The notes: generated from the letters alone by a model not told the origin. A stretch of 64,000 nucleotides of DNA from Polyangiaceae bacterium (GCA_044376115.1 JBILLK010000003.1:320001-384000); one strand, 5' to 3'. Positions 37,681 through 48,414 are shown, counted from the first letter of the stretch. Numbers and translations are program-made.

Positions 37681-40600
37681 CTACTTGCCCTTGAGCGGAT
37701 TCTTCGGCGGAGTCCACATGAAGGGCGGCTTCTTCCCGGGTGGAGGGGCATCCCCGGTCTTCACCGTCGTCGGGTCCACACCTTGGCCGAGCGTAGGCCG
37801 CACCCCGACGTCGAGCGGTTGCAAAAGCAGTGGCTGCAGCAGCTGAATCGCGGTGCTGTCATAGCCCTGAAGCAGCGCGTTGGCCTTGTCGCGCGCCGTT
37901 TGCAGTTGGTCATTCATCTTGCGTAGGTCAAAGCTCGGATCGGTGTTCTTGCCTTTGATCACCTCCTCCTTGAGCGACTTGACCATCTCGGCGTACTCGA
38001 AGATGCGCGAGTCACCGCGGTTCTGATTCGGGTTCATGGTCTGGTTCGGGTTGTTCTTTACGCCCAAGCCGAACTTGGTGGCGCTCAAGAACTTGGTCGG
38101 AACCTTGTCCATCTTCTTGTTCACCTCGCGCAGATCGACAGTGACCACGATGCCCTGGGTGTACATGTTGATGCGGTTGTTGAAGCGACGGTTCACCTCG
38201 CGGGCGATCGCGTCGTTGCCTTCCAGCGGGTTGGCGTTCTTCCACTGGGTGTGGTCCTCCAAGGTCTGGAGCAACCGCCGCATGGGGTACTCCGAGGTGG
38301 AGAGCACACGGTAAATGTCCACCGCTTCCTCGGCATTGGTGGGCGTCTTCACCTTGATGTCGGCGAAGAAGGCCATCCACTGCTCGATGTATTGATCCTC
38401 GTAGCGCGTCTTCACGTTGAGCACGTGCTTGGCGATGTTCTTCGACTCTTCCTCTTCGGGACCGAGCGGTACCACCCAGGCCTCGGCCTTGAGCAGGCCT
38501 TCGGCCGCCTTGATCTGTTCAACGACGCCGTAGTGACCCTTCTCGGTGTAGGGGCCGTCTACCTGCTTGTAGCCCTGCTTGGCCTCGTAGCTCTTGCTGA
38601 GGAAGTACTTCCGAACGTCGGGCTTGTCCGGGAAGATGCGCGGCAATTGAACCGGCGGGAAGACAAGGTTGTCGATGTCCGGTTCACCTGCTTCGTCGAT
38701 GCGCTCGTCACTGAGCGAGTTGACGATCAGATCGTAGTAGCGGCGATCCACCGGCACGTTCTTGAGCGCGCCACGCACCCGCTCGATCAGATCCTTGTCG
38801 AGCTCGATCGGCGTGATGCGCTTCCGCTTGAGCAGCTCGAAGTAATAGAGGACGTGCGGCTTTGCAGCCTCTTTCAACTCGATCGGCGAGATGTCGGAGG
38901 AGGCCTTCAGCGTCTCGGCCCAGAGCTGGGTGTAACGACCGGCGGCCCACTCGACGTCGAGATGCTCCAGATCGGCGAGCATCAGGTACTGCTTGAGCGC
39001 AGTGCGATCTTGCAGATAGCGATCCCCGTTGGCCGTCTTTAGACGCTCCTCCATGCGCGCCTTGCAGGGCAGTACAAAGCCTTGCTGCATCTGTGCGGCG
39101 TACACCTTGAGCTTCGGCCGATAGGTCTTGTCCGAGGCGAACATCCACCAGCCCATGCTCACCGGCACGCCCTCCTCCTCGAACTTGTCGTGTTCGAGCA
39201 GGTGCTCCCGCGTCGGGTTGAGCAAAGGGAACTTCTTGCTGAGCGGAACGTTTTGGTCTTCCCAGTGCAGCTCCGCAGTGACCTTGGCTCGGCGTTCTGA
39301 CTCCTTCAGGAAGTCTTTGTTATTCAGATACGACTTGAAGGCGGGCAGCGCCAACAGCGCCGCGAGGCCGGTGGTGCACGCAGCGATCACCACCTTCATG
39401 AACATCTGGCGCTTCTCTTCGATCGCGCTGCGGGCGGCGATATCACCGTCCGGGAAGATGATGTTCATGAACACGTCGTGGAGGAAGTAGCTCTTCGACT
39501 CGATGTTGCCTTGCGGGGTCTGCTGTTGATCCCCGTGGCGGATGCCCATCGCTGCGCTCATTCTGCCGAGCACGCGATCCATCGGCCGGCCCTCTTGCGT
39601 ACCGCTGGTGAAGTAAAAGCCGCGGAAGATCGGCGTGCCTTGGAAGGCGTTGGGCTGGAAGGTCACCGCCATCAGCTCGGCCAGGTTCTTCTTCAGACCG
39701 GCGAACTCGAGCGGGAATTGGTAGAGCTTCTCGCGGGCTTCGCGGCTTCGCTCCATCACGCAGCGTTTGAGTGCGCGCGCGTGAAGTTGGCGCACCAGCA
39801 CGTCGAACTCACCGTCGAACACCTTGCCGGGCTCGGTCTTGGGCAGGTCGAGCTTGAGCGTCGAGCCCCAACATTGAGCGCGGTCGCTCTTCTTGAGATC
39901 GCCAAAGAACTCGGCGAAGCCGGCCACCAAGTCGATCTTGGTGAACAACATGTAGACCGGCACGACCATGTGCAGCTGGGTCATCACCTCGTCCACGCGG
40001 GCGCGCAGCTTCTTCCCGATGCTCTCGATCTGTTGCTCGTTGGCGTCGAGCAGCTCGGCGATGCTGATGGCGACGATCACGCCGTTGATCGGGCGGTTCG
40101 GCCGGTACTTCTTGAGGAAGGCCAGGAAGCTGAGCCACTCGTCGCGATCATCGTTCTCGGTCGTGTAGCGGCCTGCGGTGTCGAGCAGGATGGCCTCGTT
40201 GGTGAACCACCAGTCGCAATTGCGCGTTCCACCGACGCCGCGCACGCCGCCGCCACCACCGCCGCCGTACGGGAAGACCATGCCCGAGTGTTTGAGGGCG
40301 GTGGTCTTGCCGGCGCCGGGCGGCCCGACGATCATGTACCAAGGCATCGAGTAGAGCGCAGCCGCTCCTCGCTTGCCGCCGCGACCGAGCTTGGAGGTCT
40401 TGATCGCCGCGATGCCGGCCTGCAGCTGCTTCTGCAGCTCTTGGATCTCGGCCCGGCGCTCGGGGCGCGCGTTGTTCGCTTGCTGCGCTCCTTGTTGCGC
40501 CAGCGCCGACTCGAGCTTCGAGGCCGCTCGACGAGCGAGCAACCAACGCACGAGATAGGCGAGCCCGAAGAGCGCTACGACGCAAAAGCTTAGAAAGAAA

Positions 40601-40683
40601 GCCATTGCTGTCCCGAAGCCGATGACGAGCTTCAGCGCCCAGACGATTCCAACCAGAACCACTGCAAGAAGGACCCAGAGCAC
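37681..40683 (-). CDS. tssM: Type VI secretion membrane subunit TssM/IcmF-like protein
   Basis: LYSMPWYMIVGPPGAGKTT, GTRNCDWWFTNEAILLDTAGRY, RPINGV, FRGFYFTSGTQEG. Confidence 0.88.
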   Translation of the reverse strand: MLWVLLAVVLVGIVWALKLVIGFGTAMAFFLSFCVVALFGLAYLVRWLLARRAASKLESALAQQGAQQANNARPERRAEIQELQKQLQAGIAAIKTSKLGRGGKRGAAALYSMPWYMIVGPPGAGKTTALKHSGMVFPYGGGGGGGVRGVGGTRNCDWWFTNEAILLDTAGRYTTENDDRDEWLSFLAFLKKYRPNRPINGVIVAISIAELLDANEQQIESIGKKLRARVDEVMTQLHMVVPVYMLFTKIDLVAGFAEFFGDLKKSDRAQCWGSTLKLDLPKTEPGKVFDGEFDVLVRQLHARALKRCVMERSREAREKLYQFPLEFAGLKKNLAELMAVTFQPNAFQGTPIFRGFYFTSGTQEGRPMDRVLGRMSAAMGIRHGDQQQTPQGNIESKSYFLHDVFMNIIFPDGDIAARSAIEEKRQMFMKVVIAACTTGLAALLALPAFKSYLNNKDFLKESERRAKVTAELHWEDQNVPLSKKFPLLNPTREHLLEHDKFEEEGVPVSMGWWMFASDKTYRPKLKVYAAQMQQGFVLPCKARMEERLKTANGDRYLQDRTALKQYLMLADLEHLDVEWAAGRYTQLWAETLKASSDISPIELKEAAKPHVLYYFELLKRKRITPIELDKDLIERVRGALKNVPVDRRYYDLIVNSLSDERIDEAGEPDIDNLVFPPVQLPRIFPDKPDVRKYFLSKSYEAKQGYKQVDGPYTEKGHYGVVEQIKAAEGLLKAEAWVVPLGPEEEESKNIAKHVLNVKTRYEDQYIEQWMAFFADIKVKTPTNAEEAVDIYRVLSTSEYPMRRLLQTLEDHTQWKNANPLEGNDAIAREVNRRFNNRINMYTQGIVVTVDLREVNKKMDKVPTKFLSATKFGLGVKNNPNQTMNPNQNRGDSRIFEYAEMVKSLKEEVIKGKNTDPSFDLRKMNDQLQTARDKANALLQGYDSTAIQLLQPLLLQPLDVGVRPTLGQGVDPTTVKTGDAPPPGKKPPFMWTPPKNPLKGK

Positions 40684-40761
40684 TGGCGCCAGGCTAGCAA
40701 CTTGCTCCAGAACTTCACACCTTCTGGATCGGCCTCCAGACGGGGCTGCGCAGGTGTGCGG

Positions 40762-41433
40762 TCACCCGTCCAGATAGTCTTCCGGTTCGAGCGACAAAGC
40801 CGGCTCTCCGTTGAGCGATTGTTTGGTGGTGATGGCGTCCACCACGAGGTCGAGCACCTCGAGTCGGGTGCTGGGCCGCACAAAGTCCTCGTCGGTCACC
40901 TCCGGTAGATCGGCCAGTCGCCCCACACAGAGATCGCGGTCCTCGCGGTCGAGCACCAAGCCCGAAAGACTCTCTTGCGGCTTTTCGGGATCGAGCAGCA
41001 GCGAATCGAGCACCCAGGCGACCGGCTTGACCGTGAGGAACAAACGCATGAATTGGAGGCGGTGCTCGGTCGGATCGGCCGGGGTCAGCACCCAAAAGCA
41101 GGGAAACCGACGGCGAATGACCTCCCCGAGGTAGGCGCCAGCGGTTTGCGCAACCACCTCGAGCGGCTCTCCTACTTCCTTCGCTGCGAGCACGGCTCGA
41201 GCGCCGGCCAGATAGTGGTCGAGGATCGGTAGCGTCTCCACCGTGTAGTCGAGCTGGACGCCCACGGCCTTGGTGACGAAGCGAACGCAGGCCGAGGCGA
41301 GGTCGCTCACCTCCGTTGGGGCCGCCTCCATGAGCAGTTGGTGTTCGCGTCGGGCTATCTCCTCGCTCACCAATTGGGGGGTCTCTGCGACCACCTGATC
41401 CTCGTCGCCGTCGTGCTCGTCGTCGCTTGCCAT
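40762..41433 (-). CDS. Hypothetical protein
   Basis: 223-aa ORF; LDYTVETL..LD and GAYLGEVIRR segments. Confidence 0.65.
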   Translation of the reverse strand: MASDDEHDGDEDQVVAETPQLVSEEIARREHQLLMEAAPTEVSDLASACVRFVTKAVGVQLDYTVETLPILDHYLAGARAVLAAKEVGEPLEVVAQTAGAYLGEVIRRRFPCFWVLTPADPTEHRLQFMRLFLTVKPVAWVLDSLLLDPEKPQESLSGLVLDREDRDLCVGRLADLPEVTDEDFVRPSTRLEVLDLVVDAITTKQSLNGEPALSLEPEDYLDG

Positions 41434-41541
41434 GCCGTTCTATCGCTCGGGACTCAGCCGCATTGAAGGGCGTTTTTGTGAATCTTCGAGTTGACGTCTC
41501 ACGACCTTCCGTATGGTTAGCGGTTCTGGTAAGCTGCCCGC

Positions 41542-42279
41542 GTGCGCCTAGGGATCTTCAGCGATACTCACGCCAACTACGAGGCGTTGAGCGCAGTATT
41601 GGAGGCGTATAAATCCGAACGGATCGACGTCTACTACTGCCTCGGAGACACGGTCGGGTACGGTGGTTCTCCAAACGAGTGTGCGGACTTGGTTCGCAAC
41701 TTGGCAAAGAAGACCATCCTCGGAAATCATGACGCCGCGGTCGCGGGGAGGATGGACTACTCGTATTACTACGAGGCAGCTCGCCAAGCCCTCGACACCC
41801 ATGCGTCGATGCTCTCTGCGGAGAACATGAGCTGGCTGCGAGGCCTACCGTACAAAGAGCGGCTGGAGGACATCAACGTGGACCTCTGTCACGGCTCACC
41901 GGTGCGCCTCGAGGAGTTCGAGTACATCTTCGCCCCGGAGCAAGCGCGTGAGTGCCTGCCTATCTACGAGGAGCTCGGGCATCTCACCCTGATTGGTCAT
42001 TCGCACCTCTGCAAGGTGTTCGCCCTCACGCCCAACTCGGTGGAGGAGCTCGCCAGCACCGACTTCAAACTGGAGAAGAACCGCAAGTACATCGTCAGCG
42101 TCGGTTCGGTCGGGCAGCCGCGGGACTACGACAACCGCGCGAGCTTCACCATCTACGACAGCGACGAGCAGAAGTTCTACTTCAAGCGGATCGAGTACGA
42201 CATCGAGTCGGCCGCGGAGAAGGTGCTCAAAGCCAAGCTCGAGCGCAACTTCGCCCATCGCCTCTACATTGGTGTCTGA
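41542..42279 (+). CDS. Metallophosphoesterase family protein
   Basis: SDTHAN, LGDTVGYG, GNHD, HGSP, GHSH, GSVGQPRD. Confidence 0.92.
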   Translation: MRLGIFSDTHANYEALSAVLEAYKSERIDVYYCLGDTVGYGGSPNECADLVRNLAKKTILGNHDAAVAGRMDYSYYYEAARQALDTHASMLSAENMSWLRGLPYKERLEDINVDLCHGSPVRLEEFEYIFAPEQARECLPIYEELGHLTLIGHSHLCKVFALTPNSVEELASTDFKLEKNRKYIVSVGSVGQPRDYDNRASFTIYDSDEQKFYFKRIEYDIESAAEKVLKAKLERNFAHRLYIGV

Positions 42280-42406
42280 GGGCCTCTACATCGGCGGCTG
42301 CGGCGTCGACTGAAGCGTTCTGCGCAGGAGCCATCTGCGCAGTCGCCGTCAGATCGTCCAACGTCTTCTTGCTTTGGTGGTCGCGCACAGTTAAGACTCA
42401 CGGTCT

Positions 42407-42652
42407 ATGGCACGCGTCACCGTTGAAGATTGTCTTGAGCGAGAAGAAAACCGTTTTGCGCTCGTGGTGCTCGCGTCCACGCGCACCCGCGCTCTGATGA
42501 AGGGTGTTGAACCGCTGATCCGCTCGAAGAACAAGGCGGCCGTCACGGCGCTGCGCGAGATCGCCGCCGGCAAGATCACCTTTAACCGCCCGAGCCATGA
42601 CGCTGTGCTCGAGTACATCAAGCAGCAGAAGTTGATCTACGGAGGCACCTGA
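42407..42652 (+). CDS. rpoZ: RNA polymerase omega subunit
   Basis: [24 protein letters not shown]. Confidence 0.95.
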   Translation: MARVTVEDCLEREENRFALVVLASTRTRALMKGVEPLIRSKNKAAVTALREIAAGKITFNRPSHDAVLEYIKQQKLIYGGT

Positions 42653-42701
42653 AGCCTCACGCACTTTCCGGGTAGCCGGAGCGTGCGACTAAAGTTGAAG
42701 C

Positions 42702-42750
42702 AAAAGCCGCTCGGCGCCGTGTGCGCTGGCGGCTTTCGCGTTTTTGTTTG
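42702..42750 (+). terminator. Intrinsic terminator after rpoZ
   Basis: AAAGCCGC...GCGGCTTT stem followed by T-rich tract. Confidence 0.6.
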
Positions 42751-42767
42751 GAGGCGTGAGCGCGGGA

Positions 42768-43616
42768 CTAGCGGCTCTTTTTGGGCTTGGCGACGAACAC
42801 GAGCGAGCGCGACGACTCCGATGGCGCTCCGATGAAGTCGCCCACCAGCTCGCTGACGCGAAAGCCGTTGTAGTGGAGCAAGGCCTCGAGCTCCTGCGGG
42901 TAGAACTGGCGGTGGGTGAGCGGCGTGACGAAGCTCTCGGCGTTGGGCGGCTCGAACTCCATCGAAACGTGCAGCACCTGCTTGAGAGCGTCGTAGTCGA
43001 AGCGCTCACCGTATTTGACGCGCCCCATGCCGGGGTAGAGGAAGGGCCGCGTGCGGTACAGCTTCTCCGGCTTGCGTGCGAGCTCGAGCGGCTCCGGGAT
43101 CGACACGTCGAAAAGGAGCTCACCGTTGGGCGCCAAACAACGCGTAACCGAGTCCAAGAACGCCTCAACGTCGGCTCGCGTGTAGAGGTGCAAGAAGGCG
43201 TTGAACGGGCAGATCACCTGCTCGAAGCGCTGCCGCTCACGCACCTTGCGCATATCGCCCACGCGCAGCTTCACACGCTTGCGTACGTCCGCCGGCTCCT
43301 CGGCCAAGCGCGACTCGAGATCGGTGATCATCGCGCGGCTTAGATCCACGCCAACGATCGGCGTCCCGGCGCGCGCGATGGGCAACGTGATGCGGCCGTT
43401 GCCACAACCGAGCTCGAGCACCGAGCTCACCTGTTTGGCGCGGTCCACGTAGAACACCACGTCCTCGAGACGCGATTTGTAGGTGCGGCAGTAGTAGTCC
43501 GGATCTTCGTAATGAGCGGCCGAGCCGGCCTCGAGATCCGGACTCTGGGTGTGGGCGCTCGCGCTGCTGATCGCAGGGTGGAGCGCCTTTCCGCCGGCGG
43601 GGCGCTTGGCCTTCAT
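42768..43616 (-). CDS. Class I SAM-dependent methyltransferase
   Basis: VLELGCGNGR, GVDLS, GDMR; TGATG coupling to pyrH. Confidence 0.85.
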   Translation of the reverse strand: MKAKRPAGGKALHPAISSASAHTQSPDLEAGSAAHYEDPDYYCRTYKSRLEDVVFYVDRAKQVSSVLELGCGNGRITLPIARAGTPIVGVDLSRAMITDLESRLAEEPADVRKRVKLRVGDMRKVRERQRFEQVICPFNAFLHLYTRADVEAFLDSVTRCLAPNGELLFDVSIPEPLELARKPEKLYRTRPFLYPGMGRVKYGERFDYDALKQVLHVSMEFEPPNAESFVTPLTHRQFYPQELEALLHYNGFRVSELVGDFIGAPSESSRSLVFVAKPKKSR

Positions 43617-44371
43617 CACGGCTCGCTGACGACAGTTCCGATGTTTGCGCCCTGGCAAACGCGCAAAATGTTCCCGCGGTCACTAAGCTTGAACACGCGA
43701 ATGGGCAAACGGTTCTCGCGACACAGCGTCACCGCCGTCGAGTCCATCACGCCGATGCGGTCCACCAAGAAGCGGTCGTAGGTCAAGGTCTGCAACATCT
43801 TGGCGTCCTCGTGTTTGCGCGGATCGCGGTCGTAGATGCCGTCCACCTTGGTGGCCTTGAACAGCGCTTGCGCCTGGATCTCCATCGCCCGCAGCGCAGC
43901 GGCCGTGTCCGTCGAGAAATACGGGTTGCCGGTGCCTGCACCGAAGATCACCACCGAGCCTTTGTCGAGATGACGAATCGCGCGTCGCCGAATGTAGGGC
44001 TCAGCGACCTGCCGAATCTCGATCGCGGTCATCACTCGGGTGGGCACGTTCTGCTTCTCGAGCGCGTCCTGCAGCGCCAGGCTGTTGATCACTGTCGCCA
44101 GCATGCCCATGTAGTCGCTCTGCGAACGATCCATCCCGGCGCTCGCTCCTTTGAGGCCGCGGAAGATGTTGCCACCGCCCACGACGATGCCGATCTGCAC
44201 GCCCAGGCGGTGCACCTCGGCGAGCTCAGCGGCGACGTGGAGCAGTGTTTCAGGCCGAATTCCAAAGCCTCCCTCTTCGCCGCAAAGGGCTTCCCCGCTC
44301 AACTTGAGCAGGATGCGGCGGTAGGTCAGACTTTGATGCGGCGGCGGCGGGGCGATGGTGACGAGGGGCAC
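43616..44371 (-). CDS. pyrH: UMP kinase
   Basis: [45 protein letters not shown]; start approximate. Confidence 0.95.
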   Translation of the reverse strand: MPLVTIAPPPPHQSLTYRRILLKLSGEALCGEEGGFGIRPETLLHVAAELAEVHRLGVQIGIVVGGGNIFRGLKGASAGMDRSQSDYMGMLATVINSLALQDALEKQNVPTRVMTAIEIRQVAEPYIRRRAIRHLDKGSVVIFGAGTGNPYFSTDTAAALRAMEIQAQALFKATKVDGIYDRDPRKHEDAKMLQTLTYDRFLVDRIGVMDSTAVTLCRENRLPIRVFKLSDRGNILRVCQGANIGTVVSEP

Positions 44372-44481
44372 GTTGGTTCGGATAGAGCAGTGGCGAGTTG
44401 CCGGCAACCCGCTTGCTCCCTCAAGCGTCCAGCCGTAAGAACAAGTTCCGTTGGCCACGCACGCCATCGGGATCGAGCGCC

Positions 44482-45453
44482 ATGCTGAAAACCTTCCTAA
44501 CGCAGCGTTTTGCAATCGTGATGGTCGCTGCCCTTGGCGTCACCGGCTGCGGTGATTCGAAGGACAAAGGAGCGAGTTCGGCGGCGCCGCCGGGCGGTTT
44601 GACGCAAGAGCAGGCGGCTCGGGTGTTGGCCAAGGTCGGAGACCGCTCGATTACGCTCGGTGATTTCGCGCTGGCGATCGAGCGGATGGATCCGTTCGAC
44701 CGGCTTCGCTACCAAACGGTGGAGAAGCGCAAAGAGCTGCTGAACGAGATGGTGGATTTGGAGCTGCTCGCGGCTGAGGCCGAACGCCGCGGTCTCGGTA
44801 AAGACGCCGCGACACAGGAGGCCATTCGGCAGCTGCTGCGGGACGCTTTGCTCGAGGAGGTGCACAAGAGCCTGCCGGCGCCCGCCGAGATTCCGATCGC
44901 CGAGGTGCAACGTTACTACGACGAGCACATCGCCGAGTTCCGCGAGCCCGAACGGCGTCGCGTTTCGGCGATCGTCTTCGACGACGAAGCCAAGGCCAAG
45001 GCCGTGCTCGAAGCGTTGGGGACGAACGCGACAACGGACGCTTGGGGGCGCGCCTTCTTCGAGAACTCGATCACGGCGAAGAACGAAAAGAAAGGCAACC
45101 TCCCGCTCGATTTGGCCGGAGATCTCGGAGTGGTGGGCCCGCCGGGTCAAGCCAAAGGGGAGAACTCCAAAGTGCCCGCAGCCGCCCGCGAGGCCGTGTT
45201 CAAGCTGAGCAAGGTCGGCGACGTGTATGGGGAGGTCCTCAGCGACGGAAAGCTGTTCTACGTCGTGCGCATGAGCGGTCAGACCAAGGCGCATGATCGT
45301 TCGATCGCCGAGGCGGATCGCAACATTCGCGTCGCCCTCCTCAAGCAGAAGATGATCGAGCAGGAACAGGAGCTCGAGAAGGAATTGCGCGCCAAGTACA
45401 AGGTCGAGGTCGACGAGGCCACGCTCTCGAAGATCGCCAATCCCAGTCCCTGA
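44482..45453 (+). CDS. PpiC/parvulin-type peptidyl-prolyl isomerase lipoprotein (SurA/PrsA-like)
   Basis: TGC lipobox, [26 protein letters not shown], degenerate rotamase domain. Confidence 0.75.
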   Translation: MLKTFLTQRFAIVMVAALGVTGCGDSKDKGASSAAPPGGLTQEQAARVLAKVGDRSITLGDFALAIERMDPFDRLRYQTVEKRKELLNEMVDLELLAAEAERRGLGKDAATQEAIRQLLRDALLEEVHKSLPAPAEIPIAEVQRYYDEHIAEFREPERRRVSAIVFDDEAKAKAVLEALGTNATTDAWGRAFFENSITAKNEKKGNLPLDLAGDLGVVGPPGQAKGENSKVPAAAREAVFKLSKVGDVYGEVLSDGKLFYVVRMSGQTKAHDRSIAEADRNIRVALLKQKMIEQEQELEKELRAKYKVEVDEATLSKIANPSP

Positions 45454-45459
45454 GGTTCT

Positions 45460-46578
45460 GTGGCGCGTCATCTCGCTATCGTCGTGCCCAGCGCACCCCA
45501 AGCGCGCAAGCCGAGGCCGCGTTGGCAGTCGGAGCTCAGCGCTTCGATCACCAGCGTGGAGGAGCTGAGTCGGGTCTTCCGGCTCTCGGAAGAGGAGCGC
45601 CGCGGTGCAGAACGGGCCGCGCAGGCAGGCTTGCCCATGCGCATCACCCGCTACTACGCGCGCCTGGCCGATCCGGAGGATCCTACCTGTCCGATCCGCA
45701 AGCAGTGCGTGCCCTCCTCGCGTGAGGAAGTGGTCGACCCGTCGGATCTCGAGGACCCGTTGGGCGAGGTCGCCAATGAGGTCGCGCCCAACCTGGTGCA
45801 ACGCTACCCGGATCGAGCGCTGCTGCTGGTGACCGATCAATGCGCGCTCTACTGCCGCTTTTGTACGCGCTCGCGCATGGTTGGTGATGGCAAAGGCCCG
45901 GTGCCGGATCGCTCGCTCGAAGCGGCGTTCGACTATTTGAAGAACCACCGTGAGGTGCGCGACGTGATCGTCAGCGGCGGAGATCCCTTATCGATGGCCA
46001 CCGCTCGCTTGGTGCGCATCTTCGAACGGCTGCGTGCCATCCCGAGCATCGAGACCATTCGCCTCGCCACACGCGTGCCGGTGACGATGCCCTCGCGCAT
46101 CACCAAAGAGCTGGTTACCGCGCTCAAACCCTTTCATCCGATCTGGGTGATGACGCACTTCAACCACCCCAAGGAGCTCACCGCCGAGGCGCGCCGCGGC
46201 TTGCTTCGGTTGGTAGATGCGGGCTTTCCAGTGATGAACCAAACCGTGCTGATGCGCGGTATCAATGACTCGGCCGAGGTGCTGGCGGAGCTATTTCGCG
46301 GCTTGGTACGCACGCGCGTACGGCCGTATTACTTGCTACAGATGGATCCGGTGGTGGGCACCAGTCATCTGCGTACGCCGCTGCACGTAGGCGTGGCGAT
46401 CATGAAAGAGCTGCAAGGTCGGGTCACCGGCATCGCTCTACCCAAGTACATCGTGGATACGCCTGGCGGCTTCGGCAAAGTGCCGCATGGCCCCAACTAC
46501 GTCGTCGCCGAAGGCCCGGGCTGGACGTCCTTCCGCACGCATCGCAGTGACGCGGTCACCTACGTCGACCCGACCTAA
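45460..46578 (+). CDS. KamA family radical SAM protein (lysine 2,3-aminomutase-like)
   Basis: RYPDRALL, CALYCRFCTR, SGGDPL, HFNHPKE, NQTVL, PGGFGK. Confidence 0.9.
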   Translation: MARHLAIVVPSAPQARKPRPRWQSELSASITSVEELSRVFRLSEEERRGAERAAQAGLPMRITRYYARLADPEDPTCPIRKQCVPSSREEVVDPSDLEDPLGEVANEVAPNLVQRYPDRALLLVTDQCALYCRFCTRSRMVGDGKGPVPDRSLEAAFDYLKNHREVRDVIVSGGDPLSMATARLVRIFERLRAIPSIETIRLATRVPVTMPSRITKELVTALKPFHPIWVMTHFNHPKELTAEARRGLLRLVDAGFPVMNQTVLMRGINDSAEVLAELFRGLVRTRVRPYYLLQMDPVVGTSHLRTPLHVGVAIMKELQGRVTGIALPKYIVDTPGGFGKVPHGPNYVVAEGPGWTSFRTHRSDAVTYVDPT

Positions 46579-48353
46579 TGGGCGCGCTTACGGCCCCGCG
46601 GCTTTGGCTGTCGCGAATCACCAGTTCGACGTTGATCGCGGTGGCTCTCAGCTTTGCCGCGTTCGATATCGTGTTTGCCTTCGACGCGGTGGTCTCTCCG
46701 TTGTGCAGCGTCGGCGAGCTCTTGTTGCTCGTGTTGTGGGCACGCCTCGGCATTCGGCCCAGCGCCAAGAGCGAGCAAAGTCGCAAGGCGCGCGCGCTCG
46801 CCTTGGGCATCGCCGGCCTGACGCTGCTCTGCTTCGTGCAGAAGGGCTACCACCTCGGCCGCTTCCTCGCGGGCGTAAGCGCGCTGCAAGATGCGCAGTT
46901 CTACGAGAACTTCACCGTGCTCACGCTGTTCTTCGCCATGGTGCTCGGGGTTGTGCGCGGTCAGAAGTTGCGCCGCTTCCTCGAGGCCGTGGAGCGTAAT
47001 CCGGCGCGGCTTTCGGCGGTCACCTTCGGCCTCTTCATCTTCTTCGGCGGAGTGTTGCTCAGCCATCCGCTCTCGCTGCGCGGCAGCGACGGATCGAAGT
47101 TGCTCGATGGTGTTTTCACCGCGACCAGCGCCGTGTGCTTGACCGGCCTATGCCCCTTCAACGTGCCCGCCACCTACTCCGGCTTCGGTCAGTTGGTGAT
47201 GCTGCTGCTGATCCAAGCCGGTGGCCTGGGCTATGTGATCTTGGGCAGCGCGCTCGCGCTCGTGGCCGGGAAACGCCTGGATTCACGCAGTGCACTCGCT
47301 CTCGCTGAGACGGTGGATTCACGCTCGCTCGGTCAACTCAAAGACTCGGTGCGCTTCGTGATCGCGGCGACCTTCGTGCTCGAGCTTTGCGGCGCTTTGG
47401 CTTTGTACCTAGCAACGCTTTCGAGCGATGAGGTCGCGCTCGGGCCGGAGAGCACGCACCCAGCCGCCGGCGCTGGTTCGCGCGCGTGGTGGGCGCTCTT
47501 TCACAGTATCAGCGCCTTCTGCAATTGCGGTTTTTCGCTTTCGAACAGCAATTTGATGGCCTTCAGCGAGTCGGCCGCGGTCAGCGGGATCGTCGCTGCG
47601 CTGATCGCCGTCGGCGGCATCGGCTTTCCCGTCCTGGCCGAACTTTGGCGGCGTGTCGTCGCCGCTCGTCAACACGAGCGACCTACTCGGCTAAGCCTGC
47701 ATCTGCGCGTCGTGTTGGCCAGCACAGGCCTTTTGATCTTGCTGCCAGCCGCGCTCTTGCTTGCGCTCGAGTGGTCGGTCTCGTTCGCTGAGCTGAGCGT
47801 GAAGGGCAAGCTCCTCGCGGCCGTCTTTCACAGCGTCTCGATGCGAACCGGTGGCTTCAATACGGTTGATGTTGGGAAATTTGGGGCTGCGGCCATGTGG
47901 CTCACCAGCCTGGTGATGTTGATCGGTGCTGGCCCGGTTTCCACAGCAGGCGGCGTTCGCGTCACCTCGGCTGCGGCCGCTTGGGCCTTCTTGCGCGCGG
48001 AGGTTCGAGGCCGCCGCGCTTCGCTCTTCGATCGCGTTTTGCCGGACGCCACCGTGCGCCGCGCCTTGGCCGTGATCCTCGTATCGACGCTGTTTGTCCT
48101 TGCGATGACCGCGCTGCTCTTGAGCGAAGAGCGCTACGCCCCGCTGGCCGCCTTGTTCGAGGTTTGCAGCGCCTTTGCCACCTGCGGGCTCTCGAGCGGC
48201 GTCACGGCCCAGCTCTCCTCGTTCGGCAAGGTGGTGTTGATCGTCACCATGTTGATCGGTCGCGTTGGGCCGCTCACTTTCGTCTTGGCGCTGTTCGTTG
48301 CGCGCGGACCTCGGCGGGCAGAGCTAGCCGAAGAGCGCGTGCTCTTGGGCTGA
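46578..48353 (+). CDS. trkH: TrkH/KtrB potassium uptake permease
   Basis: Four pore motifs: SAVCLTGL, SAFCNCGF, RTGGF, SAFATCGLS; GRVGPL. Confidence 0.88.
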   Translation: MGALTAPRLWLSRITSSTLIAVALSFAAFDIVFAFDAVVSPLCSVGELLLLVLWARLGIRPSAKSEQSRKARALALGIAGLTLLCFVQKGYHLGRFLAGVSALQDAQFYENFTVLTLFFAMVLGVVRGQKLRRFLEAVERNPARLSAVTFGLFIFFGGVLLSHPLSLRGSDGSKLLDGVFTATSAVCLTGLCPFNVPATYSGFGQLVMLLLIQAGGLGYVILGSALALVAGKRLDSRSALALAETVDSRSLGQLKDSVRFVIAATFVLELCGALALYLATLSSDEVALGPESTHPAAGAGSRAWWALFHSISAFCNCGFSLSNSNLMAFSESAAVSGIVAALIAVGGIGFPVLAELWRRVVAARQHERPTRLSLHLRVVLASTGLLILLPAALLLALEWSVSFAELSVKGKLLAAVFHSVSMRTGGFNTVDVGKFGAAAMWLTSLVMLIGAGPVSTAGGVRVTSAAAAWAFLRAEVRGRRASLFDRVLPDATVRRALAVILVSTLFVLAMTALLLSEERYAPLAALFEVCSAFATCGLSSGVTAQLSSFGKVVLIVTMLIGRVGPLTFVLALFVARGPRRAELAEERVLLG

Positions 48354-48414
48354 GCCCTAGTGCAGCGCCTGCACTAGGGTGGACGCCCTGCGCGAATGAT
48401 CGCAGCATCGGGGC

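Noticed and set aside
41491..41517. Sigma70 promoter TTGACG...TATGGT for the phosphoesterase
   Set aside because: The spacer is only 15 bp, so it cannot be supported.
44497..45948. Long antisense or alternative-frame ORFs (also 7472-8647, 10397-11440, 21972-23084, 39478-40593, 56996-58069)
   Set aside because: Shadow ORFs expected in GC-rich DNA; they overlap well-supported genes and show no motifs.
45460..46578. Specific call as epmB or kamA
   Set aside because: There are no efp/epmA or lysine fermentation neighbours; only the family can be assigned.
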